64,000 nt of DNA from Halobacteria archaeon (GTDB lineage Archaea > Methanobacteriota_B > Thermococci > Methanofastidiosales > NM3). Below, piece after piece: positions 1 through 9,566 of the stretch. The translations under genes and the position numbers were made by a program. The first letter of the stretch is position 1. Every line of letters begins with the position of its first letter. The notes under the pieces were generated by a model that ran no database searches, was not told the origin of the DNA, and saw only the letters and a list, made by a program, of their open reading frames with translations. The stretch covers positions 949 through 64,948 of the forward strand of contig DAINBB010000001.1 in assembly GCA_036733165.1 (NCBI GenBank), written 5' to 3'.

Positions 1-1089
1 GTACCTCTTTATCTTCTCAGGTTCTATACCTTCGTATATCCCTATTATTATGGCCTTCAGCTTTCTGACCTCTGATTGCTTCTGGGCAAGGAACCCGATT
101 ATGGGGCCAACGCCCAAGGGATTCAGTATCGAGATGTCCTTTCCCTTCTGCACCACCATGTCCTGCAGTGCCTGCTCGATGATCGCGAGATTCTTCTGTT
201 TCTCGAACTCGGTCATGTTATCCTCGAAGACCTTGGCGTATCTCGTCCTTGCAAGAATGCTCAGGACCACCCCTATCTCCTCCGAGGACGCTATGCCCTT
301 GAGGTCTTCCAAGGGGACGCTGTATGTCACAGGCAGGAAGTTACCAGGTATGTCCCCGATCTCCTCCATGGAGTTGAGCCTGAGCGCGGCAAGTATGTTG
401 GTAATATCGATGATCATGCCGTAGTATTCCTTCAGGAGCTGTATATTGTCATCCCTGCTGTGTTCAAGGAACTTCCAAAGGGACTCGTAGTAGTAGCTGA
501 GAAGCTCGTTTTCTATTACGACAAGTTCCTCGTCCTGGACATTGTTGAGAACATGCTCGAACTCTGGGGTAAGGGACATCACCACCTCGTCGACCGACTT
601 GGACTTGGACATCTGTTCCCTCTGCGAATCTGTAAAGGTGCCTATTCCGATGAGATAGTCATTCGGGTCCTTTTTCGCATCGAGACACCTGAGCGTCCTT
701 ATGATGTTCTCGATGTCCCATCTCTTGAGAAGCACTTCGAATATCGGATTTACAGAGTCCGGCGTTATGTGATATACCTCATCATAGACCGCGGCCAAGT
801 GATTGTTCAGGGCGCGCTCTATGTCGGTGACCTTGTATCCCTCGCCCACGAACTTGTTGAGGTAATCCACATACTCAGTCTCCTTGAGCATGTTCACGAT
901 CTCCTCCAAGCTCCTTGATTCAGCCAGTTCTCCAAAGGTCCCGTTCGAGATGATCTTGCCCTGTTTGGCCATGATCCTGGCGTTGGGGTATGCGAATGGG
1001 GATATCTGGCGTACAATCCCCGCTGTCTTGGTCATTATTATCAGGAGGACCAATCCGATTGGTATCATCAAAAGATAGAACTCGCTCAT
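1..1089 (-). CDS. atpC: A-type ATP synthase subunit C (runs off the left edge of the window; stop codon not in window)
   Basis: Not in ORF track. ATG at 1089 after a GGTG RBS; manual translation MSEFYLLMIPIGLVLLII...FAYPNARIMAK; the edge reads ...LKAIIIGIYEGIEPEKIKRY; directly follows atpE. Confidence 0.92.
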   Translation of the reverse strand, partial: MSEFYLLMIPIGLVLLIIMTKTAGIVRQISPFAYPNARIMAKQGKIISNGTFGELAESRSLEEIVNMLKETEYVDYLNKFVGEGYKVTDIERALNNHLAAVYDEVYHITPDSVNPIFEVLLKRWDIENIIRTLRCLDAKKDPNDYLIGIGTFTDSQREQMSKSKSVDEVVMSLTPEFEHVLNNVQDEELVVIENELLSYYYESLWKFLEHSRDDNIQLLKEYYGMIIDITNILAALRLNSMEEIGDIPGNFLPVTYSVPLEDLKGIASSEEIGVVLSILARTRYAKVFEDNMTEFEKQKNLAIIEQALQDMVVQKGKDISILNPLGVGPIIGFLAQKQSEVRKLKAIIIGIYEGIEPEKIKRY

Positions 1090-1098
1090 CAAGAACAC

Positions 1099-1746
1099 CT
1101 AAAACATCATATCTGCAAGTTGCTTTCTGACCTCACGTTTCCTTCTCTCAAGCCTCGTGACAAAGGAGTTGTCCACGACGACGCCCTTCTCGGATATCGC
1201 CATCGCCCCGCTTATGCCCGCGTCGACAAGTTCCAGCTTGGTCTTCACGCCCGTTGTCTTTGTAATATCCTTCTCGATCGCTGACTTGTCCTTCTTGAGC
1301 GCCTCGATCCCAGAGCAATTTGACCTTATGGTCAGATTTCCGCCCCCAAGGGATACGCAAGCCTCGACGGTGATCATTTTCATGACCTCCGGGAAGTTCG
1401 GTATCTTGCTGGGGTCCTGTAGCCTTGATTTGGTCTCTTCCAAGATTGCAGAAAGCTCCATCTCCTTGGCCTCCAGTATCTTCCTCCTGGTATCCAGACG
1501 CGCCTGTGAAAGTATTCTGCTTCTGTCGGTCGCGGCCTCTTGCCTGCCCTTCTTGAGCATCTCCTCCCTCATCTCATTGGCCTCTTTCATCGCGGCAGAG
1601 GTTACTTCCTCCACCTGTTTCTCGGCATAGGACAGTATGTCCTTCGCCTCGGCCTCGGCATCTGAGAGGATCTTGTCGATGATCTTCTTCTTACCGTCTT
1701 CGGATGCCTTCTCAAGACCTGTGATATTACTGCCTTCTGCGACCAT
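1099..1746 (-). CDS. atpE: A-type ATP synthase subunit E
   Basis: Coiled-coil N-terminus (IIDKILSDAEAEAKDIL), C-terminal VDNSFVTRLE; operon position between K and C. Confidence 0.92.
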   Translation of the reverse strand: MVAEGSNITGLEKASEDGKKKIIDKILSDAEAEAKDILSYAEKQVEEVTSAAMKEANEMREEMLKKGRQEAATDRSRILSQARLDTRRKILEAKEMELSAILEETKSRLQDPSKIPNFPEVMKMITVEACVSLGGGNLTIRSNCSGIEALKKDKSAIEKDITKTTGVKTKLELVDAGISGAMAISEKGVVVDNSFVTRLERRKREVRKQLADMMF

Positions 1747-1762
1747 TACCTAGCGCCACCCA

Positions 1763-2230
1763 TCATGCTATTCCAAACAATATCATCATTATCGCGACTG
1801 CAAGGCCGAACACCGCAGCTATCTCTGACATCGCTCCAAAGACTATGTTCTGTGTCAGGAGCGAATTGTCCTTGGCCACTGCGCCTATACCTCCGGCACA
1901 TGTTATGCCCTGGCCAATGGCCGAAAGCCCTGCGAGACCTATGGCCAGGCCTGCGCCTATTGCCACGTAACCCGCCGTCTGGGAGATGTCGGCGGCCTCC
2001 CCACCGATAATGCCTGTAAAGTACATTATCAGAAATGCGACTATAAGACCATAGATACACTGCGTCTGTGGCAAAAGCTCCAGCAAAAGGGAGTTTTTAA
2101 AATTGTTCTTATCCTCAGCCACAGAACCTGCAGCAGCTGCCCCTGCTATCCCTATGCCAAGACCCGAGCCAACTGCGGCGACACCTATCGCCAATCCGGC
2201 CCCAATCATTGCCAATGATACTCCGTCCAT
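1763..2230 (-). CDS. atpK: A-type ATP synthase proteolipid subunit K/c (two hairpins)
   Basis: Four Gly/Ala-rich TM helices; LELLPQTQCIYG and AMSEIAAVFG motifs; similar to Thermococcales AtpK. Confidence 0.97.
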   Translation of the reverse strand: MDGVSLAMIGAGLAIGVAAVGSGLGIGIAGAAAAGSVAEDKNNFKNSLLLELLPQTQCIYGLIVAFLIMYFTGIIGGEAADISQTAGYVAIGAGLAIGLAGLSAIGQGITCAGGIGAVAKDNSLLTQNIVFGAMSEIAAVFGLAVAIMMILFGIA

Positions 2231-2234
2231 TTAT

Positions 2235-4193
2235 TCACCTCTTATCCTTAACATATCTTGTATAAGTTCTCTCGAACCTCAAAGGCTCGAATTTCTTGCC
2301 TTCAGCATTGTAAAAATAACTGAAAAACTCCACATAGTGCAACCTAAGGGAATGTACGAATCCACCTAAGCCGTTTATGGCAAGGTTGAACACATGCCCA
2401 CCGATGAACACTACGACAGCAAATATTATACCTATCTGCAGACCGGCTATCTTCATGTTCCATGCCATCTGGGAGAATAGATTCATCACCATACCTATAC
2501 CGGCTGTGGAGAGCGCCATCGCGAGCAACCTGGCATAGGAGAGCCAGTTCCCCATGAATCCAGGAAAACTCATGAAAGCCGTTATTATGCCGGTAGGGCC
2601 ATTTCTGAGTCCATTCACGACTATTATTGCCAACGAAAGCGCTATTGGTCCGCCAGCAAGGGCGATCATCGTTGACGTTGATACACCGACCACCATGCTA
2701 ACGGCAGCACAGACGACCCCAATAATCAGTAGCAGCCACGATACGTTCTCAACTATGCCCTCCCGCATGTTGCCGTTGTGCATCCTCTGGTAGAAACCAA
2801 GGATGTTCGCTATGCCAAGATGCAACAGGCCGACGGCCAATGAAAATATGAGTATCTCCATGGCGCCATAGAGCGGGTCGGCAATGAACGGGAGATTCGC
2901 ATTCAGGTAATTCTTTCCATTCACAAAGTCTCCGAAATAGCTGCCAAAGGCGATCCCAGCAACCGCCGTCGCTATTCCTCCATAAAAAAGTATGAGGCCA
3001 AAGTCCCTCATGGTGCCACTCTTGACGTTCTTTACAAGGAACAGCCCTATCAGCGTTATGATCACGCCATAGACGAAATCCGTCATCATTATGCCAAAGA
3101 ACGCCGTGAAGAATATCGCGAAGAACTTGGTCGCGTCGATCTCATTGTACCGTGGCAGGCCATAAAGTTCTGTCAGGACCTCAAACGGTCTGAAGAACCC
3201 CTTGTTGCTAAGAAGCGTGCCAGGTTCCCTGTCCGGTTCCTTCAGCTTGAGGACCACGGCGTCATGTGCCATTACCACATCGACCACCTGTTTTTCCCTC
3301 TTCACTGGATAATGGCCCTCGACGGCTATAACGTTCTTCGTCGCGGCCATGTTCTTGAACGCGGCGGCCTTCTCAGACTCTATCTCAAGCAGTTCCTTCA
3401 GAGTGCGCAACTCGTGTTCCCTCTCATCGGCTATCTTAAGTATCTCGGAGATGTTTGACTCCCTCTCGGATAGAAGGTCCTCCTTCTCCTTTCTAAGGAT
3501 GTCAATGACCTCCCTCGGTTTGCCTTGCAGCTCAGGGACATCTCTCCTCTTTATGGAGTGTGTGGAAAATATCAGATCAAGGCTTCTTTCCTTTTCCTTG
3601 AATGTGGTTATGAATATCATATCCTTCCAAAAGTCCACCCGGCAGAATCCATCGGTTGCGTCAACAACGGCCTTTCTGATGGACTCGTTGTCCGGCCCCG
3701 TGAGCTTGCCGATGAGCTTAAGGGTCCTCTCTGTGGACTGCAACACATTGAGGTCGATGTCAAGGTCGGAGAGCTCCTCTAGAAAATCAATCTTTTCCTC
3801 CAGGTCATCGGCCTTCTCCTCTATATCAGCGATCTCGTGCTCCAGGCCCTTCAATTTGGGATCAAGGTCGGCTATGACCTTGTCAGCGTCGCTCACAAGG
3901 TCTCCGGCACATTGGAGACATACCTCTGTCTTGGCTATCTCCTGGCCCCGTAGGGCTTCCATAAACGTGAGTTTGTCTTTGGGGGCATAGTTACCTAAAA
4001 AGTTCAGCATCCTGTCTATCTGTATGGACTTCGACAGGCATTCCTTTGTTGCGGAGGGAACCTCATACCTGCCGGTCATCTCGGACTCTATTATCTCTAT
4101 GCATTCCAGATCATAGAGGTCCTGTACCAAAAGGTCCTTCTCATCCTTGAGCACCAGAAGCTCGAGTTTTTTCATGCGAGCGGGAAAGATCAT
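2235..4193 (-). CDS. atpI: A-type ATP synthase subunit I/a
   Basis: 652 aa; YGLPRYNEID, LSYARLLAM and HSLRLHYVEFF motifs. Confidence 0.97.
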   Translation of the reverse strand: MIFPARMKKLELLVLKDEKDLLVQDLYDLECIEIIESEMTGRYEVPSATKECLSKSIQIDRMLNFLGNYAPKDKLTFMEALRGQEIAKTEVCLQCAGDLVSDADKVIADLDPKLKGLEHEIADIEEKADDLEEKIDFLEELSDLDIDLNVLQSTERTLKLIGKLTGPDNESIRKAVVDATDGFCRVDFWKDMIFITTFKEKERSLDLIFSTHSIKRRDVPELQGKPREVIDILRKEKEDLLSERESNISEILKIADEREHELRTLKELLEIESEKAAAFKNMAATKNVIAVEGHYPVKREKQVVDVVMAHDAVVLKLKEPDREPGTLLSNKGFFRPFEVLTELYGLPRYNEIDATKFFAIFFTAFFGIMMTDFVYGVIITLIGLFLVKNVKSGTMRDFGLILFYGGIATAVAGIAFGSYFGDFVNGKNYLNANLPFIADPLYGAMEILIFSLAVGLLHLGIANILGFYQRMHNGNMREGIVENVSWLLLIIGVVCAAVSMVVGVSTSTMIALAGGPIALSLAIIVVNGLRNGPTGIITAFMSFPGFMGNWLSYARLLAMALSTAGIGMVMNLFSQMAWNMKIAGLQIGIIFAVVVFIGGHVFNLAINGLGGFVHSLRLHYVEFFSYFYNAEGKKFEPLRFERTYTRYVKDKR

Positions 4194-4498
4194 CTTATCA
4201 CGCTCGAAATTGCTGTCTCGACCCCCCTGGAAAAATTAACCTTTGATGCCTTTCTAAGGGACTCTAGATCGTTCTCGCCATCATGGACTATCTTCTGAGC
4301 CTCCTCATTCGCTTCCTTGATAGAGAATTCTTTTATTTTCTTGATTTCCTCTATGGTCTTTGACCTTGTTGAAGAGACGATGTCATCCCTTCTTAAATCG
4401 GCATCCTCTAGTATCCTTTTCATGTCAGATTTTGCTTTTTCCACAATACGATCGGCGCTGTCCTCCGCTTCCTTGATTTCCAAAAGAGATTCTAACAA
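4190..4498 (-). CDS. atpH: A-type ATP synthase subunit H/G
   Basis: LLEIKEAEDSADRIVEKAK coiled coil; likely TTG start at 4498 after GGGGAG; first gene of the operon. Confidence 0.85.
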   Translation of the reverse strand: MLESLLEIKEAEDSADRIVEKAKSDMKRILEDADLRRDDIVSSTRSKTIEEIKKIKEFSIKEANEEAQKIVHDGENDLESLRKASKVNFSRGVETAISSVIR

Positions 4499-4727
4499 TA
4501 GCTCTCCCCCCAAATTGGTAGTATAAACCACTTACAATGGAAAAAATATAAACTTTTCCCTACATTCTATTATAAAAAAATACTACATTATTGAATATTA
4601 TTTTACAATTTGATAAAAATGATAAAGATTGATTTACGATTTTGAAATAAAAAGGAATATTCTTAAATAAGAATTATATAAAAACGCTCCAAGACGTTCA
4701 AAATTGGAGCAACTGTACCTTCTTCGC

Positions 4728-5744
4728 TCAGGCGAGGGGGTTTACCTTCCTCCTATTTATTTCCCAGTGGGAGATTCCAAGGCTTAGAGCGCCCATCAAC
4801 GAGGGGATCCAGAAGGATATGAATCTGTCAATTATCGTGACCCCAACGGCTATGGAAGGATCGATTCCAAACCCGGAGAACAAGATGATCATCGCGCCCT
4901 CCGTGGTCCCGAAACCACCCGGCGAGAAGGGGATCATTCCCATGAAGGTGGAGACAACTGCGACCACGGCCAGAACCGTAAAGGAGACCGAGACGCCAAA
5001 AGCCAAGAAGACCAGATAGGTCCTCAGTATCCAAAACGCCCATATCGCCATTGACAGGAGGGACGATACCACTAACATCTTCCTGTCCTTTATGAAATCC
5101 CTTATGGTGTCATTGAATAGCCTGAGCTTGTCATCAACCAGGTGTTCGTACTTGGAGGCCTTTCCAGGCGAAAATCTTTCAACAAGATTCATGAAAAACT
5201 TCACTATCCTTTTGCCCTGGTCAACATTGTAAACGATGTACATAACGGCCCCCACGATCCCTGTCAGGAAGACTATGGCTATGGTCAATGTTACAAGCAC
5301 CATTCCAGGAGGGTCCCAAAAGAACAGGATGTTGAATATTCCAAGATAACCCAAGAGAATGTAGGGCATGGTGTCGAATATCCTATCGGACAGGACGGTA
5401 GCGAAGGAGCTACTGTTGTCTATGCCGGTCAGTTTTGCCAGAAGGTAGGCCCTAAGGGGTTCACCCCCACCCTTTCCCATGGGTGTCACGTTGTTGACGA
5501 AAGCGCCCGACAGAAGGGATAGGAACAGCGGCCCTGAGGGCACATTGGGTTCCACGCAGTTGATTATGTTGCGCCACCTCATCCCACCGACATAGATCGA
5601 CGCCAGAGAGGCAACTGTAGCGAATATCACAAACGAGCTCTCCGCGCTTTGGAGGGCGTTCCATGCCTCGCTGAATCCCACCTTCCTGACAAGTAGGAAA
5701 AGGATCAGCAAGCCGATTGAAAACGTTACAGCCGTCTTGGTCAT
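4728..5744 (-). CDS. Lysylphosphatidylglycerol synthase TM / flippase-like (UPF0104) membrane protein
   Basis: NNVTPMGKGGGEP, PFSPGGFGTTE and IIDRFISFW motifs; start likely ATG 5744, 1 nt after the upstream stop. Confidence 0.88.
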   Translation of the reverse strand: MTKTAVTFSIGLLILFLLVRKVGFSEAWNALQSAESSFVIFATVASLASIYVGGMRWRNIINCVEPNVPSGPLFLSLLSGAFVNNVTPMGKGGGEPLRAYLLAKLTGIDNSSSFATVLSDRIFDTMPYILLGYLGIFNILFFWDPPGMVLVTLTIAIVFLTGIVGAVMYIVYNVDQGKRIVKFFMNLVERFSPGKASKYEHLVDDKLRLFNDTIRDFIKDRKMLVVSSLLSMAIWAFWILRTYLVFLAFGVSVSFTVLAVVAVVSTFMGMIPFSPGGFGTTEGAMIILFSGFGIDPSIAVGVTIIDRFISFWIPSLMGALSLGISHWEINRRKVNPLA

Positions 5745-5745
5745 T

Positions 5746-6858
5746 CTACTTTTGGTTATCACGAGAAAACACTCCTTTGACAAAGTTCACTAGGGTGTCT
5801 TTGTAGCCAAATTTAATCTCCTGATATGGTTCATTATAAAAATATATCCTAAGTACTACAAATAATATGCCTAATATCATGGGCCCGACGATGACGCCTA
5901 TGGCCCCAAAGGCGAAAAGTCCCCCTATCGCCCCTGCAAGTATGATGAGGGGATGGATGTTGGCGGCGTCGCCGGAAATCCTAGGCCTTATGTACATCTC
6001 CGGTATGAGGGATATGAATACATACGTCGTTGCAAGCACCACCAATGCATACTGATATTGGCCCTGGTATATGTACCAAAGGAACAGCGTCACCTGTATC
6101 ATCCAGGGACCTATGATAGGTATGAAGTCTATCATGCCAGTGAATATCCCAAGGAGAAGGGCGTGGGGCAACCCTAACAGATAATACACTATTACAGATA
6201 TGATGCCAGTGAAAATGGCCTTGAAGAGATATCCTATGATCACTGCCTGGAAGATGATATCTATGCTCCTTATCAGCTGCGTGAACTTATCCCTGAAGTT
6301 CACCGGTGCCAGTATGCACATCTTGTCGATGATCCTTTGGCTGTCCCTGAGAAAGTAGAAGGACATGACAAGGCTCAGCAGAAGCTTGAACAGCAATACC
6401 GGTATGCCCAATGTCAGGTTGAGGGCGTAGTCGTAGAGGACACCCCCCAGTTCGGTCGCCTTGGCCTGTATCGTGTCTATCGTGGACTGGCTCAGCGTAT
6501 CGAAGTCTATGAAGAACATCACCCTCTCGGTGATGTATTCCATAAGTTCGTCCGCGTTTGTTATCGATTCGCCTATGATGAGGGAGATGTCAGACTTCTG
6601 GAATGTCGACACCAGTTCGTTCAGGGTATACAGGCCTATGAACGTGAGGGGTATTATCATAAAGAACATGGAGATGAACACCGAAACGCCCTTGTTGGAG
6701 ACCTTCCTGTTGATGGAGTCGTGCATGGGGCGTATCAGGTAGGTGATGACTATCGCCATGACGAAGGCATCTATTATTGGCGATATGGTTTTTATGCCAA
6801 AATAAATCAATATCACGAAGGCAACTATGGCAGCGATCTCGGTGAGTCTTTTCTCCAA
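5746..6858 (-). CDS. AI-2E family (PerM-like) transporter
   Basis: Multi-TM protein; DFIPIIGP, YIRPRISG, HPLIILAG...GPMILG motifs. Confidence 0.9.
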   Translation of the reverse strand: MEKRLTEIAAIVAFVILIYFGIKTISPIIDAFVMAIVITYLIRPMHDSINRKVSNKGVSVFISMFFMIIPLTFIGLYTLNELVSTFQKSDISLIIGESITNADELMEYITERVMFFIDFDTLSQSTIDTIQAKATELGGVLYDYALNLTLGIPVLLFKLLLSLVMSFYFLRDSQRIIDKMCILAPVNFRDKFTQLIRSIDIIFQAVIIGYLFKAIFTGIISVIVYYLLGLPHALLLGIFTGMIDFIPIIGPWMIQVTLFLWYIYQGQYQYALVVLATTYVFISLIPEMYIRPRISGDAANIHPLIILAGAIGGLFAFGAIGVIVGPMILGILFVVLRIYFYNEPYQEIKFGYKDTLVNFVKGVFSRDNQK

Positions 6859-6883
6859 CTTATCACCATGTGGTCATTGAGGG

Positions 6884-7812
6884 TCATACATCGACATTGA
6901 GCCCCAACTTCTCTTGAAGCTCCTTATATCTGTTCCTTACGGTGACCTCTGTCACCTTGGCAACCTCAGAGACCTCTCTCTGGGTCCTTCTCTCTCCCTT
7001 CTCGATAGAAGCGATATATAAAGCTGCTGCAGCTACGCCCATCGGTCCCCTTCCGGAAGTGAGACCAAGCTTTATCGCTTCCTCCAATATCTCGATGGCC
7101 CTGGACTGCACAGATGTGGACAGGCCGAGCTCTGAGGCGAATCTCGGCATGTAATCAACGGGATTGGTGGGATTGATCTTCAGATTCAGCTCCTTGGTGA
7201 TGAATCTATAACTTCTACCGATCTCCTTCTTGTCCACCCTCGCGTGTTCCGCTATCTCGTCCAAGGTCCTCGGCACGCCCCTCATACGGCAGGCGCCGTA
7301 TAGGCATGCCGCGGTGACGGACTCTATGGACCTGCCTCTGATAAGATTCTCCTCCACCGCCTTCCTGTATGTGACAGCGGCCTGTTCCCTTATGCTCCTG
7401 GGCAATGAGAGATGAGAGGATATCCTATCAAGTTCCGCCATGGCGAATGCAAGATTCCTTTCGGCAGCGTCAGATACACGGATCCTTCTCTGCCACTTTC
7501 TCAATCGGTAGATCTGTGCCCTGTTGGTCGGCGAGATGTCCCTTCCATGGACATCCTTGTTCCTCCAGTCTATTATAGTAGATAGGCCCTTGTCATGGAT
7601 AGTGAACGTCATGGGCGCCCCGGTCCTGCCCCTCTTGTCCCTCTGATCGTTGTCGAAGGCCCTCCACTCGGGGCCCATGTCATAGAACTTGTCCTTGAGG
7701 ACCAGGCCACAGGATGTGCATATAAGTTCCCCCTGTCAAAATCGCGAACAAGTTTGAGGCTACCACATTCGGGACAAGCCTTCTTAATCTGTTCCTCTTG
7801 TTCGGGCAACAT
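6884..7812 (-). CDS. tfb: Transcription initiation factor IIB, frameshifted at about 7729-7733 as sequenced
   Basis: Zn-ribbon start (CPECGS) lies in the 7609..7812 ORF; GPEWRAF and the cyclin repeats lie in 6884..7678. Adding one G to the G5 run restores [25 protein letters not shown]. Span is 929 nt (3n-1). Confidence 0.95.
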
Positions 7813-7813
7813 A

Positions 7814-8035
7814 TCACCTCAAATACAGCACGGTTTCACAAAAATCGTCATCTGAGAAAAGTATGACCTTGACAAATGGATCGTCAACAGGCCCAAACAC
7901 ATCTACAACCCTGCCAACCTCTTTCATGTTTCTATCTATCACAACCTTACCCATCGTGTTGGCAGAAATCTTTTTTCCCCGCACGACAACGGTCCTCCCA
8001 GAAACGTTGATAACCTCACCTAATCTAGAAACCAT
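7814..8035 (-). CDS. gar1: H/ACA RNP subunit Gar1/Naf1
   Basis: VGRVVDVFGPVDDPFV motif; conserved gar1-tfb gene order. Confidence 0.9.
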   Translation of the reverse strand: MVSRLGEVINVSGRTVVVRGKKISANTMGKVVIDRNMKEVGRVVDVFGPVDDPFVKVILFSDDDFCETVLYLR

Positions 8036-8191
8036 AATCTAACAGTTATCTCTAGATGTCTTTAAGTAATTTTCGTAAAGTTTATATATAAGAAAATCAA
8101 TTTATACATAATAATGTTTATTAAAATACGATATATTTTTAAAGAATCCCTCTTTGATATAAAATCACTTAATATTTCGGAGGACAATTAG

Positions 8192-8482
8192 TTGGCTAAC
8201 CTCAAATTGTTAGTGCTTGATGTTCTAAAGCCTCATAAACCGATTTTGCCAGAATTCGCCGAGCAGTTGTCATCCCTCCCCAACGTAGTGGGTGTTAATG
8301 TGTCTCTTCTCGAAATCGACCAGAAGACGGAAACGGTCAAAATATCGATAGTGGGAGAGAACATCAACTTCAGCGAAGTGGAGGATGCCATAGAATGCCT
8401 TGGTGGTTCCATACATTCAATCGACAAGGTAGCTGCAGGCAAGAAGATAATCGAAGAAGTGGACACTAATCAGGACAGGTAG
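8192..8482 (+). CDS. DUF211 family protein
   Basis: LVLDVLKPH ... GGSIHSIDKVAAG motif; TTG start. Confidence 0.85.
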   Translation: MANLKLLVLDVLKPHKPILPEFAEQLSSLPNVVGVNVSLLEIDQKTETVKISIVGENINFSEVEDAIECLGGSIHSIDKVAAGKKIIEEVDTNQDR

Positions 8483-8483
8483 T

Positions 8484-9140
8484 TCATTTCTCTACAGCTT
8501 TCCTGATGAATCCTATCCATTCATCGATGCCTTTGCCGTTCTTGCAACTGGTCATGATTGACCTTTTGCAGCCACACCTTAGTGAATCCTCCGCCATTTT
8601 TTCTGCAGAGGCACCCACATACTCCGAGATGTCCACCTTGTTTACCACAGTCAGGTCGGATATCTTGAATATGACAGGATGCTTCATCACGATGTCGTCG
8701 CCCTCTGATACGGAAACTACAACTATCTTGTAGTGCTCTCCAAGATCGAAGTCAGAGGGGCATATGAGATTGCCAACATTCTCAATGAACACGATATCGA
8801 TGTTCTCCAGGTCCAGCTTCTCCATGCCGTGCTCGACAAAATGCGCGTCGAGATGACACTCCTTCCCAGTCGAGATGGGTATGGAGGTCACGCCATGGGC
8901 GGAAAATCTATCGCTGTCAAACTTTGCAACGACATCTCCTGCAAGCGTCGCGACCGTGTAATCGTCCTTCAGAAGATCGATCGCCCTCTCGATGAGGCAT
9001 GTCTTTCCAGAACCTATGGCGCCCATAACATTGAAGACTTTCACGTTGTTACGGTCGAACAGCTCCCTGTTTTCAGAAGCTATTCTCTTGTTGACCCTCA
9101 ATATGTCCTGTTCCACCTTTACATCTGCAACCTTGTGCAT
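8484..9140 (-). CDS. hypB: Hydrogenase nickel incorporation GTPase HypB
   Basis: GAIGSGKT P-loop, ECHLDAH, ENVGNLICP, NKVD. Confidence 0.96.
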   Translation of the reverse strand: MHKVADVKVEQDILRVNKRIASENRELFDRNNVKVFNVMGAIGSGKTCLIERAIDLLKDDYTVATLAGDVVAKFDSDRFSAHGVTSIPISTGKECHLDAHFVEHGMEKLDLENIDIVFIENVGNLICPSDFDLGEHYKIVVVSVSEGDDIVMKHPVIFKISDLTVVNKVDISEYVGASAEKMAEDSLRCGCKRSIMTSCKNGKGIDEWIGFIRKAVEK

Positions 9141-9514
9141 TATCTCTCAACCCTTATTCTCTTAACCGACATCTCTCGGCCTTTAAATATAAAAGTATTG
9201 GACGAACCACAATTTAGGCAATCAAACCTTGGAACAGTGAAGTGATAATAAGGGTCATTCTCCATCTCAACCCTCGATTCCTCGCCACATTCGTTGCACT
9301 TTATGATGCCGGGTTCCTTGAGGATGGCAACTTCCGTGTCCTCCCCAATAGTCCCCTTTAGGAACTCCTTGATCCAAAACTCCAATTGTTCCTCTGATAT
9401 TAACGAGAGTTCCCCTATGGCGATCTCTATCAATAATATTCTCTTCGCATCCTCCTTCTCGGATTCCTCTAAGGCTATCTTTACGGCTGATTGGGCCACT
9501 GTCACTTCATGCAT
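9140..9514 (-). CDS. hypA: Hydrogenase maturation nickel metallochaperone HypA
   Basis: MHE N-terminus, two CxxC motifs, GREM near the C-terminus. Confidence 0.95.
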   Translation of the reverse strand: MHEVTVAQSAVKIALEESEKEDAKRILLIEIAIGELSLISEEQLEFWIKEFLKGTIGEDTEVAILKEPGIIKCNECGEESRVEMENDPYYHFTVPRFDCLNCGSSNTFIFKGREMSVKRIRVER

Positions 9515-9566
9515 CCTTATAAGCTACATACCAAGCTTTAAAAATATTGCAATAGAACGATGACTC

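Noticed and set aside
50-1078. Plus-strand ORFs 50..424, 76..918 and 884..1078
   Set aside because: Antisense shadows of atpC. The same applies to most overlapping ORFs in the track, which lie opposite or out of frame to recognisable genes.
4686-4710. 7-bp inverted repeat GCTCCAA-n11-TTGGAGC upstream of the ATPase promoter region
   Set aside because: Single short repeat; could be a terminator or operator, but chance occurrence is plausible.
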